NCBI GenBank assembly: GCA_001179505.1
Contig: CDMY01000098.1
Location: 127,295-191,294 of the forward strand
Source: Vitrella brassicaformis CCMP3155
Lineage: Eukaryota; Protista; Chromerida
DNA length: 64,000 bases
Direction: 5' to 3'
The position numbers were made by a program, and so were the translations under genes. Of this stretch, positions 48,344-61,146 are shown piece after piece (the first letter of the stretch is position 1; each line of letters begins with the position of its first letter). A model generated the notes under the pieces. It did not search any database, was not told the origin of the DNA, and saw only the letters and a program-made list of their open reading frames with translations.

Positions 48344-51300
48344 ATGGTCTATTCATCGGTCTTCTTCATCGCCCTCTTTTTCTCGGCTGCGGGATCTTCA
48401 CTCCTTGAACGCATTCTGCAGCCTCTCAATGAGACGGATCCATCCAGTGCCACCGAGCTGTGTCCACTCGGGTACAGACGAGTGGATTCCGAGTGTGAGC
48501 CTTGCGCGCGAGGTATGGCACACAGACAGACACAGCACCAGACAGGGCACACATCAGCGCACGTGGCATGCGTGTCCGTGCAGGGTCGTTCAAGAGCGAG
48601 CTCGGACCGGGCCCCTGCACTCCCTGCCGCAATGAGAAATTCACTTCCCTTCCCGGCTCAGTTTCGGAGGCAGACTGCTTCTGCAATCCAGGATACATCA
48701 CGTACGCAATCCAGCTTCCCCCTCCCCCGTCTATGCAGACACACCTCTCTCTTCCTCTGTGCAGGAATCGCAACGACAGTCAGTGCTACGAGTGTGAAGG
48801 GGGTCTCGACTGCTCGGAGCCCTTCCCGTTCCACCCCCGCGTGGAGCCTGGCTACTACCAGCTTGAGGTCACTCTCTCCATCCTTCCTGAACACGTCCAT
48901 CAAGATGAGCATGAGCAGGATCGCGATGTGAGGACGCAGCGATGGGAGTGGAATGCTAGCCATTACATTGCGCTGCCGAAGCTCGCTGAACTAGGAAGGC
49001 CGGTCGGCAACGATACCTACACACGAAAAATGACCTCGTAAGCACACGACGCCAAAAGCGCAGCTAACAGGACAGCCACGGGAGTGGAGGGCAGTCACTT
49101 GTGGCGTCATGTGTGTGCCGACATATATAGGTATGATGCGGGTATCACGGCGTTGCCCGTTGTTGTGGAGTGTCTTGCGCGCGATGCCTGTCTGGGGACC
49201 GATCCTGACACAGGACTCAATTTGTGCAAGGTAGGTATGGTAGGTATGGGTATGTCGAGCGATGCCTACACGTGTTGCTGTTGGTTGGTGTGTATGCGTG
49301 CGCTGCAGAAGGGTCAGCATGGTTTTCTGTGCGGTGCCTGTGAGGGTCACTATACGCGTACAAGCCCATTCTATTCATGCGCCACGTGCAACACTTATGC
49401 TCAGAGCATGGCCGCAATAGTCGTCGCGAACTTCGTGGCCCTCGGCTTCATATTCGGCTTGACGTTTCTCTCGCAACGGTGAGATGAATGAGTGGCAGGC
49501 TGTGTGCGTGAAGCGAGCCCTTTCCGTGTAGCACTGCTGCGCTCCCCCGTGCGCGCATTCACTCGATGCTAATCAAGATGGGACTCGTTCATCTTACAGC
49601 GGTACAAGGAGAAAATGGCGAAACACATGAGTCTCTCCCTTTTGTGTCATTCTCTGCCTTTACTCAGATGAATTGCCTGGCACAATTCGGAATCTACACT
49701 GCCGATATACAGTGGCCCACATGGGCGGCAGCCACGCTCGCAAATCTGTTTACATGGGACGGGGGCCTGCCGGCAGCGTACGGCGACTGGGAGTGCCTCT
49801 TTCGACCTCGCTTTGGTGAAAATGCCTTGCTATGGCGGCACGCATTATGGGTCATCTGGCCGGCAGTCTGGCTACTCGCTGTTACCATGACAGGTTTGTG
49901 GACATATCACAGACAATGCGTGAAGTACAAGTGGACAGCGCCCTTTGTGTACCTAATGTGTGTATCGCAGGGGGCATTGGTATTCTTGTTCGTTACTGTC
50001 TGTTGCTGCTGCCGACTTGGCGTGGCAAACATTCATCGTACAGGTAAGAATATGTGAGCATGAGTGCGCATGAGATACAGTGTATACAGTGTATATAATC
50101 ATGTGACGAACGGTATTCTATCCGTCTCTCCCTTTGCACCTGATCGGTGGAAGCGCTACTACAACCGCTACCACTCCAAAGTGTCCCTCCATCCACAAGG
50201 ACAAGCAAGGGCATGAATCAGCTGCTGACCATCGTCGATATGAGTCCAAGCCATCGGTATCGACGGCCCCATCCCTGTCCAAAAGTGAGAATGTCCCTTC
50301 GAGCAGCGACCAACCGCTCCTCAACCGCAGCACAGATAACGCAGTGAATAGCGGGATGGACAAAGATGGCAATATAGTGGTGGCTCTTTCGATGCCTCAC
50401 GAGGAGACAAAGAGGAGAGCAGTGCGCACAATTGGAGCGCTAGGCATATTCCAGGTACTACTACAATGGCTGCCCATTCGTTGAACGAATCATTTTATGC
50501 AGATAAGTGCTAATATGGGTTTGTGGCGCTCGATATTTTTGTTCCTGGGACAATGTTGGCTCTTGTGGATTGTCACGTGGACATTCGCACACCCCAGTAT
50601 GTATGAAGTCGATGCACATAGACGATTGAAAGCGATCTCCTTGTCTGCATTGTGTTTCTTAGCTGTTACAAGGAACACTCTTGAATTACTACGGTGAGGG
50701 ACTATGCGTTGGACTGTACCTTTCTTGTGCATATTTTGTGTTGTCTCCTGTAGATGTCATACGGCTCCGTGGCTGAAGCCCGAATATACGACCAACACAA
50801 AATACGTCGCCATGGACGTTCTTGCTTTCGCAAAGCGAAGACTTGCCATCAATCCCAATATCATCTGTTTGTAAGGATCACTTCATCACACTCATCACGT
50901 GGCTCGGCTAGCTATTGTCTCTCTTTAATGCATGTCTTACAGCGAGAAAGAGCATAAGCTTTTTGGGCTTGTTGGTCTTGTGGGATTTCTTGGTTGGTCC
51001 GTTTTTCCGGTGTTTGTACTAATAACGGTTCTGTGCCGAGAACGATCGCGTTTCCGATTGCCGGAAACCAGACAACGATTCGGCTTTCTGTACAATGTAA
51101 GATGACGGCGTGTGACGGCGTATGTGTATGCACTCAGTATTCTAGAGACTCCTTTTCTTTGTCTCTCTGTGTGTGTGCCAGGGGTAAGGGATAAATCTAT
51201 ATTTCGGACGCCACATGATTTTAATCTTTCTTCTCCCTTTAGCTACCGTCCCGGCTTCTTTTTCTGGGATGCAGCTTATGCGCTGCACCGAGTGGCGGTC

Positions 51301-53569
51301 TTATTGATAGCGCAGACGGTGGTAGGTGATCCCTCCTTTCAGCTGCTGGCGTGGGCTGTGGTGGCCATCGGTTCACTCATTGTCCAGCTCACCGTGCGCC
51401 CCTTCGATCATCGCAAGTTGAACATCCTCAATCGAATGGAAGAGCAGGGGTAAGTGCATGTGATGCGGCGGACTTCTCTTACAGCTCTCATGTGTCATCG
51501 ATTGGTTGCTCTGTTTTGTTCCAGTCTGGTTATATGGACAGCATCTATTGTTCTGATGGAAGTGGTCGTCATCATTAATTGGAGCCGCACACTCAACGCC
51601 CTCATAGTCATTATTGTGGCCGCACTCAACATTGTCCACTACATCAACATACTTTTGCTTGTTGTCCCTCAATTCCGACGCTCACTGGTATATGCGGCAT
51701 ACCAGTATGCTTACGGTGGTAAGACAGGAGATCTGATGAAGAAAAAGGAGATGCATCAAGATGTGTCTATCGCATGCATGCGTGTAGCCGTTGATGGCGT
51801 TCTCTGCTGTCGTGCTGGCATTATTTACCTACTGTTGAAGTGGCCGTGGACGTATCTAATTGGCAGAGACGCGAAGTGTCGCGAAGGTGTGCCGAGGGTG
51901 TTTATCAACTATACCACCGGATACCTTGACCTCCGCCAGGGCCGCAACAGAATGAACACACGCACGTAATACCATACGTAGAGACAGAGATCCGCTACAC
52001 AAACACTCGGATGCCTACCTTATATTACTCTTTTCACTTTTGTGGTAGAATATCGTGTTGCCCTCTGAGCGTTGAGGCGATGCTGAAGAGTCTCTCACTA
52101 GGCGGCAGGGCCGCTGAAGTGGGAGTAGGAGTAGGAGTCATGCGGATGACTGCACATGCCATGCAGGATGCCATTGAGCTACTGCAGATACACGAAATAC
52201 CCCCAGGTAGGTATGGAGGGTAGAAAATCGAAGGAAGCTAGGTTTCTTCTTTCTCTGGCTGTAGATCTGTCAGAGTTCTTTTGGAGCCAGGCTTTTTTGT
52301 TCCACGCATTGCGTATGAAAATCGTGAAGGACCGAGAGGACCCTACAAGTGAGTGAGCTAGAATACGCAAGTAAAAGGGTGAGAGTCATCTCTTCTGTTT
52401 ACAGAGGACCGAATGATTGTCATGCCACACCCTATCGAGGACAGCAAACAAGTAACGGACTTCCACAGACACGAAGAAGCCCACGCAAGTGACCAAATGT
52501 ATCTCACGTGTTTCGCTTTTCTATAGGGTTTCCGTCAGATGAGCATTGAAGAGACGTCTCAGGCGATGAAAGAGGAGGCGGTCAAACAGGCCTCTCTGCT
52601 CCTCCAGGTCAAGGCAGCCAAGGCAGCAGAGAGCCATGGAGAACGCTCATTGCACAATGCCGGCCGAATTGTATCTCCCGTCGACCTCCCCGATGGATCG
52701 ACGGACAGCACAGCCTACCAGGCGGCAGCCGAAGGGCAGTGCAGAACAAGGTCAGGCATGGGCTTGAAACAACGCATGTCAGTTGTTGGTTATCTGCATG
52801 TATGAACAATGGTAGGCCCATTATTGTTGGCGTCCCGCTTGATGACTTCGAGGCAAGCAAACAGAATGAGGCGCCTCTTAGGGATGAATGGCTCCTTGCC
52901 TTCTTCCCTTTTAGTTGAATCTATCTTATGTGGTTGACGAGCTCGTCACTCGGCAGCAGCAGCACGAGGAGACACTGCGGGGCCAAAGATTGCTCGCCAC
53001 GACGGAGGGGGTCGCCAGAGAAGACGATGGGAAGCCGGGCGGCTGGATGGGCCTCTACTTGGCCTTCAGACAGGCCAAACAGAAACTGATCCAAACTGGA
53101 ACTGACCCGGTGATAGACACACAATGCGATCGCGTTGAAAGACCGATGCACTCTTGTCATCTGTTCGTCTTCTCTTGGCGTGTAGGAGGATGTGCCTGCT
53201 GCATTGGCCACTTATGCGTCTCAGAAGGACTACATCCCCCTCTCCTCCCCTCATGACGTGTCCCAGCCTCGACCATCGGCCTCCAACGCCAGCATCACAT
53301 CTGAGGGCTCGCCATCGATGCCCCGCTGCTCGTCTCCCTCGATGCAACACCACCCCTTCTCCAGCATGCGACTGCAGGCCATCCCTCAGCCATCTGACGA
53401 TATTGGATCGGGCCGGCAGAGAGGCAGCCCTCCGAGAACATCCAGCAGTATGTTCGAGTCGAGGGACTTTAAGAATTTCGCAGAGGCCGTCTATCGCGAC
53501 ATCGCAGGGCCCGTTACGATCCGCAGGACGATAAGGCGAAGCAAGAGCAAGCCGAACTGGGGTGACTGA
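48344..53569 (+). CDS. Cysteine-repeat modular (CRMP-like) multipass membrane protein
   Basis: Signal peptide; GCC2/GCC3-type repeats (CPLGY...CEPCARGSFKS...CTPC...TSLPGSVSEADCFCNPG); C..G..GFLCGAC..HY; several TM helices; RRLAINPNIICF; RFGFLYNGYRPGFFFWD; IVQLTVRPF...LNRME; Ser-rich cytoplasmic tail. Confidence 0.82.
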
Positions 53570-54736
53570 CTTCATTGCTCTTCGTCTCTGTGTGTGTTTT
53601 TCGCTTTTGTGTGACGGTCGGTTGGTTTATTCACAGCCAGAGGCGATACGTGGACACATGCGTATATGGAAGTCGGTGTCTTGATCGGCAGCTACATGCA
53701 TGTGGCGCGATTGTCGCGCCCAATGTGTGGATGTTGCCGTGTGTGTGTATTTTTATGCGGCCATGGCGCACCAGCCGTATTGGCCGAATAGTGGCCTTTT
53801 TTTCTTCCCATTTGTGCATCACTTGCATGTGTTTGGTCGACCGACTGTGGTACTTACAGCCGCAAGACGATGAGGTATGTTGTTCGCGCCATACGTGCCT
53901 TCATTGCGAACACCGTGACAAACAACGGTCTTCATCACAGCACGCAGAAGTCCAAACCACGAAGCTTGCAGCGACACTGAGATCTGTCGCCGTTCTCACG
54001 TATGCGCCCGTCGACAGAGGGGCAGTCGACATGGGCACACGCAGAGACCGGCAACAAATCCAAGAGGACCACGAGACAAGGCTGCACAGACGGCATGGAC
54101 ACACACAGACGTGGCGTACCAAACCAAAAGGAAACGAACGAAGCCATACGAAGCCATCAATGCATTGCAAGCACAATGACAGACAGACAGACAGCCAGTC
54201 AGTCAACCGATCTTACGTACGTGCCATGAATGCAATGAACGCATCTCTGTCTGTCTGTCTGTCTGGTCTGCTCGTACTCTGCTGTCCTGTCCTGTGTGCA
54301 CACGTGTGTGTGCTGTGTGTGATATCATCCCTTTCCGTCCGCTGCGATGCCCTGTGTGTGTTCGCTCCAAGAAAGTGTTGCATCCGTCAAGTCAATGAAT
54401 GGCTCGCAGACACACACACACACACACAAAGACAAACAAACAGCCAGCCAGCCAGACACACGGAACAAGCAGAGACAGACAGACAGACCAACCTCTCTCC
54501 CTCTCCCTCTCCCCTCCCCTTCCCGATGGATGTGATAGGATGGCTGCCCCTCCCTCCGCTTATGCTATGCACACACCCGAGATGACGTTAGTGGATGGAT
54601 GGATGCATGGATGAATGTGTCGACAGGTGGCTCGATAATGGCACCTGACAGACACAGCGCACACAAACACCCCCCACACACCACCAATACACACCTGCGG
54701 GATGACACTGGTGGTGGTACTGACCTTTCGCGATAT

Positions 54737-57338
54737 CTACGATAGGCCTGACGGCTCGCTGCCGGTGCTGTCCTCCACCATGCTGCCAAGCGACGCAGAG
54801 GCCTGCTCTGGCACAGCAGCAGCCACGTTCGCAGCTTCAGCGGCCACGTGGGCAGCGACAGCGGCAGCTATGTGCTCGTCCTCGACAGCGGACTCGGACA
54901 ACACCATCTCCAGAGCCTCTGCATTGCCCGACACATCAGCCACGACAGCACCACCACCACCACCCCCACCAGTGGCAGCAGCGTGAGCAGCAGCGACGAG
55001 GTGAAATGGGCATGGTGGCGATCTGAGAACAATGCATCAATAGTCGGCGCAGCACACACACACACAACCAGAAAAGAGGTTTCTTTCGTGCCGTGTTCAC
55101 TCTGTCTGTCTGTCTGTCTGCATGTGTTCCCCTCCCCAGCCACTCACGGTGATGCATCGAGGTCCGGCAGGGCCAGCGATGGCATCCCCGAACTATTTAT
55201 CCCGATCCATCTATCCAGCCATCCACCCACCAATGCGCAAACAACACATCACATAACATCACATCCGCCATGCCGAGGCCGTGCTGTCTTGTGTTGTGTT
55301 GTGTTGTCCACTCACAATTGGTCGTCCGCCGCAGCCGGCACCTCAGGCGACCCCTCAGACGGCTCCACATGTGTGGAGCCGTACTCTGGCTCCGGCCCCT
55401 CCTCTCCTTCGGGCGGTATGTACGGCGCCCACGGCAGCGGAATGGCAGGTGCCTGGGGAGGCGGCACCCACGGCAATGGGATGGCCGGGGCCTGGGGCGG
55501 CGGCGCGTAGGGCAGGGGAATGGCCTGGTTCGGGTTGGCTGGGAGGGGGGCCGTGGGGGGCGGCTGTGGCGGTGGTGGCGCTGGGGCTGGTCCGGGAGGG
55601 ACTGGCTGGGGAGGAGCGCCAAATGCCGCGCCATACCCCGGAATGCCATCCATAGTGTCGGGATCGACCCACCAGTCACCTCCCTCCCCTCCGAAAAAAC
55701 CCCACATGTCGTCCAAACTGCAACCAAGCGCACACACACACACACACACATACATCCATCCATCCACCGTCGCATCCCTGTGCTCGTGTCACCTGTTTTC
55801 CGATACATCATCCGGCCAGAAAGCGCCGCCGAAGGGCACCCCCCCGCCAGGGGGCGATGGGTGAGGCGTGGGCGGCCGGTACGGCGGCATGCCCTCATAG
55901 AAATACGGCCTACACCAGCCAGCCACACACAACACAGATTAAAACACAGGTGCGTGGTTGTGTGCTTGTGTGTCTTGTCTGTCTTGTGGGGCTGTTGCTG
56001 CTGCTGCTGGTGCTGGTGCTGCTGGTCTTTGTTTGTTTACATCTTGCAGACGTCGCATTTCTTGGCGACGCTGCTGCGCGAGCTACGGCCTGAGAGCAAA
56101 CAACACGCACAGAGGCATCCACGAATGGATAAGTAGAGCACCCCCCGGTGTCATTGTGCATTGACGTACCGGGCGCCGGAGTCTTGATCCACTGTTCTAG
56201 GCACTTGGTGTGGACCCACTTGATGCTACCCTTACACCCACACGGTGCCACCAGCGGCCCGTCATCCGCGGCATCGGGGTCGTCCTGACACACACACACA
56301 CACACACACACACGATGGATGCCACCCACAATGATAATCGCTTCCTTCCAACGTACGTACCTCCGAGAGGCGACAGAAGCGGCAGGTCCTCTCCTCTTTC
56401 TCCAGCTCTCTCTCCCCCTCTACCTCCCCATCTCCCTCCCCCTCTCCCTCCCTAGTATCGGCCGTCTCGGTCACCTTGGCCATCCCATCCCGCCCACCCC
56501 TGGATCCGCCCAGCCGCAGACCGCCAAATGCCGCATGGAACAACCCACCCAAACCACCACCCTGCTGCTTCGACTGCTGCTTCTTGCTGGTGGCCGTGTT
56601 TGGCGGCGAGGGCGGCCATAGCCCCGGACACGGCGCCATCGTCGGAGGGTGCGATGGTTTGCTGCCTGGTGCAGGTGCCGGTGCTGGCGATGGCCCCTTG
56701 AAGGACGTCGAGCAGTGCGGCCCCGGCGCGTATGACTCGGGCGTCGGTGGGCTGCCTAGTGCAGGTGCCGGTGCTGGCGATGGCAATGGGTTGGGCGATG
56801 GCCCCTTGAAGGTGGACGAGTGCGGCCCCATCGACGGGTATGGCGGGACGAATGGCGGGCAGGGGGGCGGGGGAGGGTACCTGGGCGGGGGCAGGCCATG
56901 CGGATGGGAGTGGGGATTGAACTTCTGGGTGTACGGCAGGGGCTGGCTGGACGGAGCCGCCTGGTCAGGATGGGTTGCGTACTTGTTGGGGTACGGCACG
57001 CCCTTGGGTGGTGGTGCTGGCATCGTCGGCTGCATCCCGTGCTGCTGGTAGAGGGCGTGGAGGAAGGGCGAAGGGGCAGCGGGGGGAGGGCCATTGGGCA
57101 TCATCTTCTGCGCCTTCATTTTGGGCGACACGGGGGGAGGGAAGGCCGTCGGCGCCGGCTTCTCCTGGGCCACCTGAGGCTCGAGTGTGGCGCCGTAGCC
57201 ATGCATGTGGTGGGGGTAGAAGTAGAGAGGGTCACCATAGCCGTAGCTATGGTGATGGTGATGAAGATGGTGCGAAGAGGGCGGTCCGCGAGGCAGCGGT
57301 CTGCTGGGCGCCCCCGGATTGTACAGCGGCGGACGCAT
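54737..57338 (-). CDS. RING-CH (RINGv/MARCH-type) E3 ubiquitin ligase, Pro-rich
   Basis: RTCRFCRLSE|DDPDAADDGPLVAPCGCKGSIKWVHTKCLEQWI...KKCDVCK gives C4HC3. Flanks are Pro-rich with internal repeats (QAPAIPLPW x2-3; FKGPSP..PAPAP x2). Confidence 0.88.
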
Positions 57339-57787
57339 AGTATCGCAACAACTGCACACACACACACACACACACATTTCTGCAACTGGCAGTGGGGATG
57401 CATGCATTCCTCTCTCCATCAATGCGTTCTCTCACCTCGACAACCAAACCGGGAGGGCTCCTTATCCCTCACTGACACATTAGTGCGCTGAACAAGCTCC
57501 TCGCCGTCCCAGGAGGACTGGCTCGTCCGGTCTCGGTCACTTACTCACAGTTGGCCGCTCGAGAGGACGGCGGCTCATTAGATGATGAGTCCTCAACGCC
57601 GCCTGCCCTCTGCCGTCCTCCACAAAGCGCCGAAAAAAGGTCTCCAAGTTCCAAGGGTTTCTCAGGGTTTTAGGGTCCAGGATTCCGAGGATGAAGGAAA
57701 CGGCCGAAGCCGGCACCAGCTAGACGCCAACCTACACCAGGACGGAGGGAAAGATCTCATTCATGAACGGTGATTGATGGCGGATTG

Positions 57788-60127
57788 ATGAAGATGAGTC
57801 AGCTTCGCATCTCCTGCCCGCAGCTGCGGACTCGCTGTGCGCCTCTGCGGCATCTTCCCACCCATCCACTCACCCTGATTCATCGCGTGCCCGTCACTCC
57901 CGCCCTGATCCATCACATTCGCGCCTTCTCATCGTCGGGCCACTCGGAGCCCTCCCTCTCCCTCCAGCAGACGCTCGATATCGTGGCGCAGCAGCAGCGG
58001 CTCACCCCGCCCGAGTACCTCGCCAGCCTCAATCAGGTGTTCAACGCCGCTCTCAAGGAGAACAGCGGCACCTTCTGGGACGACCATCGGTTCACGGCCT
58101 TCCAGGCGATGCTCGTCAAGCGCCTGCCTGCGTTCGGGGGCGCTGACGTCTACCGAGTGCTGACGGCCTACGCCAGGCTGCAGTACTGCCCGGAGGGGAC
58201 GCTGGATGACCTGTGTGCGGCGCTGGTCGAGAATTTGGGCGAGTTGTCGGTGCTGCAGCTCAGTCATACGGCGGTGATACTGTCGGCGCTCGAGGTGACT
58301 GACCCAACCGTGCTGGAAAGCTATTGCCAGGTGATCAACAACACTGAGAGGCCATCAATCGCTCACCGTTTGTTGACAGTCTGGTTTGCTCTCTTTGTGT
58401 GTTCGCTCGTTCGTTCATTCATTCATTCATTCAGCGTGTCCGTGAGCACCTGCCCGCCCCGACAGAGGAGGGCTCCACCTCCCCCCCCTCCCCCCTGGAC
58501 CCCCGAGAGGCCACGTTTCTGGCGCTGGGCCTCTCGCATCTCGGGTGGCGCGACCTGCCCACCTTACACGGCCTCGCCACCCTTGTTGTGGAGCACTGCA
58601 GTAGGGGCAAGGGCGGAGATGGGGAGGGGGAGAGGCTGTCGGGGGCTCAGCTGTCGACGCTGCTGCTGTCTTTCGCGACGCTTGGCGTGCAGCATCCCTC
58701 GCTGTACCAGCATCTGTGCCGGGAGATTGCCGGTAGGTGGGCGAGAGGGGGTGGGTGGATGGATGGATGGTGTGGTGTGTGGCCATGTAGATAGTTTGCC
58801 GTCCTTGGCCCCTCAGCACCTGGCGAATGTCGTCTTGGGCTTGGCCACCTATGGCGACTACCCGATTCACCTCATGACGGTACAAACAGACACACTGATA
58901 GACCGATAGGCACACACGAGAAAGCCATCGTCAATCACTCTGTTCCTCTCCATCCCTCCCTCCCTCCCTCCCTCCCCTCTGTGCAGGCCATCGAGAGCCG
59001 TCTGAGTGCGGTGCTGTCTCTGTACAAGACCGAGGATCTGCTGACGGTGGCCTGGTCGCTGGTCGCTTTGCAGTTCTTCAGTGTGGACCTGTTGGCGCAC
59101 ATCGGTGCGGCCATGGCGCGCACACTCGACCGCACGGCGCTGAGCCAGGACAAGGAGCGGCAGCTGCACCAGTTCTCCCTCACCATCGAGCTTGAGGCGC
59201 CGGCAGAGATCAAAGAGGTCCGTCTGTGTGTGGGGGGCTGGCTGGCTGACAGGTGTGAATCTATCGGCATCCCTCGTTCGTTCGTTGCCGGCTGTTGTGC
59301 GCAGAAATTGGTTGAGAAGGGCGTGTGGAACACGCTGTACCAGGTGGGTAGCGATCGAATCGACACACTCCCATAAAACAAACACGCATGCAGCGTCAAA
59401 GGTGATGGATGCTCGCTATGCCTCGGGGTGTGTGTGTGTGTGTGTGTGTGAGCCTGAGTCCGTCCCCACAGAGCCGGCGAGCGACAGCCACCCGACCGTC
59501 AAGGCCATCGTCCAACAGGTGCTATGCCGTGTCACACACAGATAAATAGCTGTGTGTGTGTCACGTGATGTGTCTGTCCTTCCCCTCTCTCAGCTGTCGT
59601 CGTGTCTTGACGCCCTTCATGTGCCGCACGAGCAGTTCCTCACCGTCGACGGCTTCTACACGGCCGACATAGCTGCCACGGCACCACCGCACCTCACACA
59701 CACACAAGTGGGGGCACCAGTATCGGCAGCAGCGAAGGAGGAGGCCAACTGTCGAGTGTTCTTTCATGTGGACGACTCGACGTACGATGACTTCGCCGAG
59801 CCGCTGGACCCCTGGGTGACGCTCAAACACCGGCACGTCGTCGAGCTGGGATGGAAGCTGGTACTGTACCACACACAGAGAGCAGAGAGCAGAGAGACAG
59901 GGAGAGAGAGGGCCCGCAATGGGCCTTGGGCCTCTGCTGTATGTGTTGTCTGACTGCAGGTGTGGGTTCGCGTGAGCGACTGGGATGCGCTGGACAGTGA
60001 CGGCGAGCGCATGACGTACGTCAAGAGGGAGCTGACGGGCGAGACCACCGCAGACGTCACAGACGACACACACGAGGAGGAGGATGGTCATGATGTGGAT
60101 ATCGATGAGTCGGGCAAGAGCAGATAG
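57788..60127 (+). CDS. RAP-domain (FASTK-like) helical-repeat RNA-binding protein, probably mitochondrial
   Basis: Presequence-like MKMSQLRISCPQLRTRC...RAFSS; OPR/FAST-like helical repeats (LAPQHLANVVLGLATYG, DLLTVAWSLVALQ); RAP motif FYTADIA...FFHVD...VTLKHRHVVELGWKLVWVRVSDW. Confidence 0.85.
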
Positions 60128-60447
60128 ACCTGGCGTGCGGTGATGTGCGGTGATGTGTGTGATGGCTGAGTGTCCGGTCACTTGTTTTTCGTTCGTCGGT
60201 GGAGGGATGGACGGGATGGACGGATGGGCCCACTAATTTACACACACTTAGATGACATGAATGGTCGATTTGTCGAAATCTGTCCATTCGTCTGTCACGT
60301 CTCTCCCGGCAAACACACACACACACACACACACTGCACACACACACATTGCACACACAGGCCTTGCCCCCCCTCCTCTCCCTCTCTGCGCGTGGACCCT
60401 GCGGGTGTGAGTGTGTCTGTCGGTCTGCCACGCACTCCTGCACACGC

Positions 60448-60477
60448 GCATTCACCAATTTCGCATTCACCAATTTC
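60448..60477. repeat. 15-bp tandem duplication in a convergent intergenic region
   Basis: gcattcaccaatttc occurs twice in tandem. Confidence 0.85.
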
Positions 60478-61146
60478 TCACTCCTGACGTACCTGTGTGT
60501 TTGTGAGTCACCAGTGTGATTGTTTGAATCTATCGTGGCGGCGAGCGAACAGCCGTGCCGTGAAGGCACGAAGAGAGCGAGAGGGTGTACGTGAGTCTGT
60601 CTGCGTCAGCGAGGACGACAGCCGTCGGCGAGGCATAAGACAGACAGACAGGTTAATCCGTGATAACTGGATGGATAGATGGCCAGTGCATAACTGGATG
60701 AATTCGTTTCCTGTCGGTCCATCCATGCAATGAGAGAGGGCTGTGCACGCACACAATGATTGAGAAGTGAGGCAGTCAGTCAGTCAGTCCCCATCGTCCG
60801 CGACACCCACACCCACAGCCAGGCAACCCGCAGGACAGATACATATAGAGAGGAGACAAGGAGAGTGAAGGGAGGGGGGGAGGGCTGCATCCACACACAG
60901 CTCTGCAGACGCGATACAGACACCATGTGATGTGGGCGGGTGACTTAAAGACAGGACAGCCCACAGCCCACAGCCAGCATCGGTGGGCCAGCGGCAGCAG
61001 CTAGCTACGGAGCCCGTTGTGAGCAATGCAGCTACAGATAACCTCCTGGACACCCACACAGCCACACAGAGGGCACGACATCCATCCATCCATCCATTGG
61101 CCGGACAAACCGATTTGTGGCGTAGCGGTACTTTTTTGTTGGTTGG

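Noticed and set aside
54868-55030. Apparent TM helix LLLTLLPLVGVVVVVLSW in the RING-CH gene
   Set aside because: It is a (GGT)n repeat read in another frame. Splice phases put the Gly/Ala frame in register.
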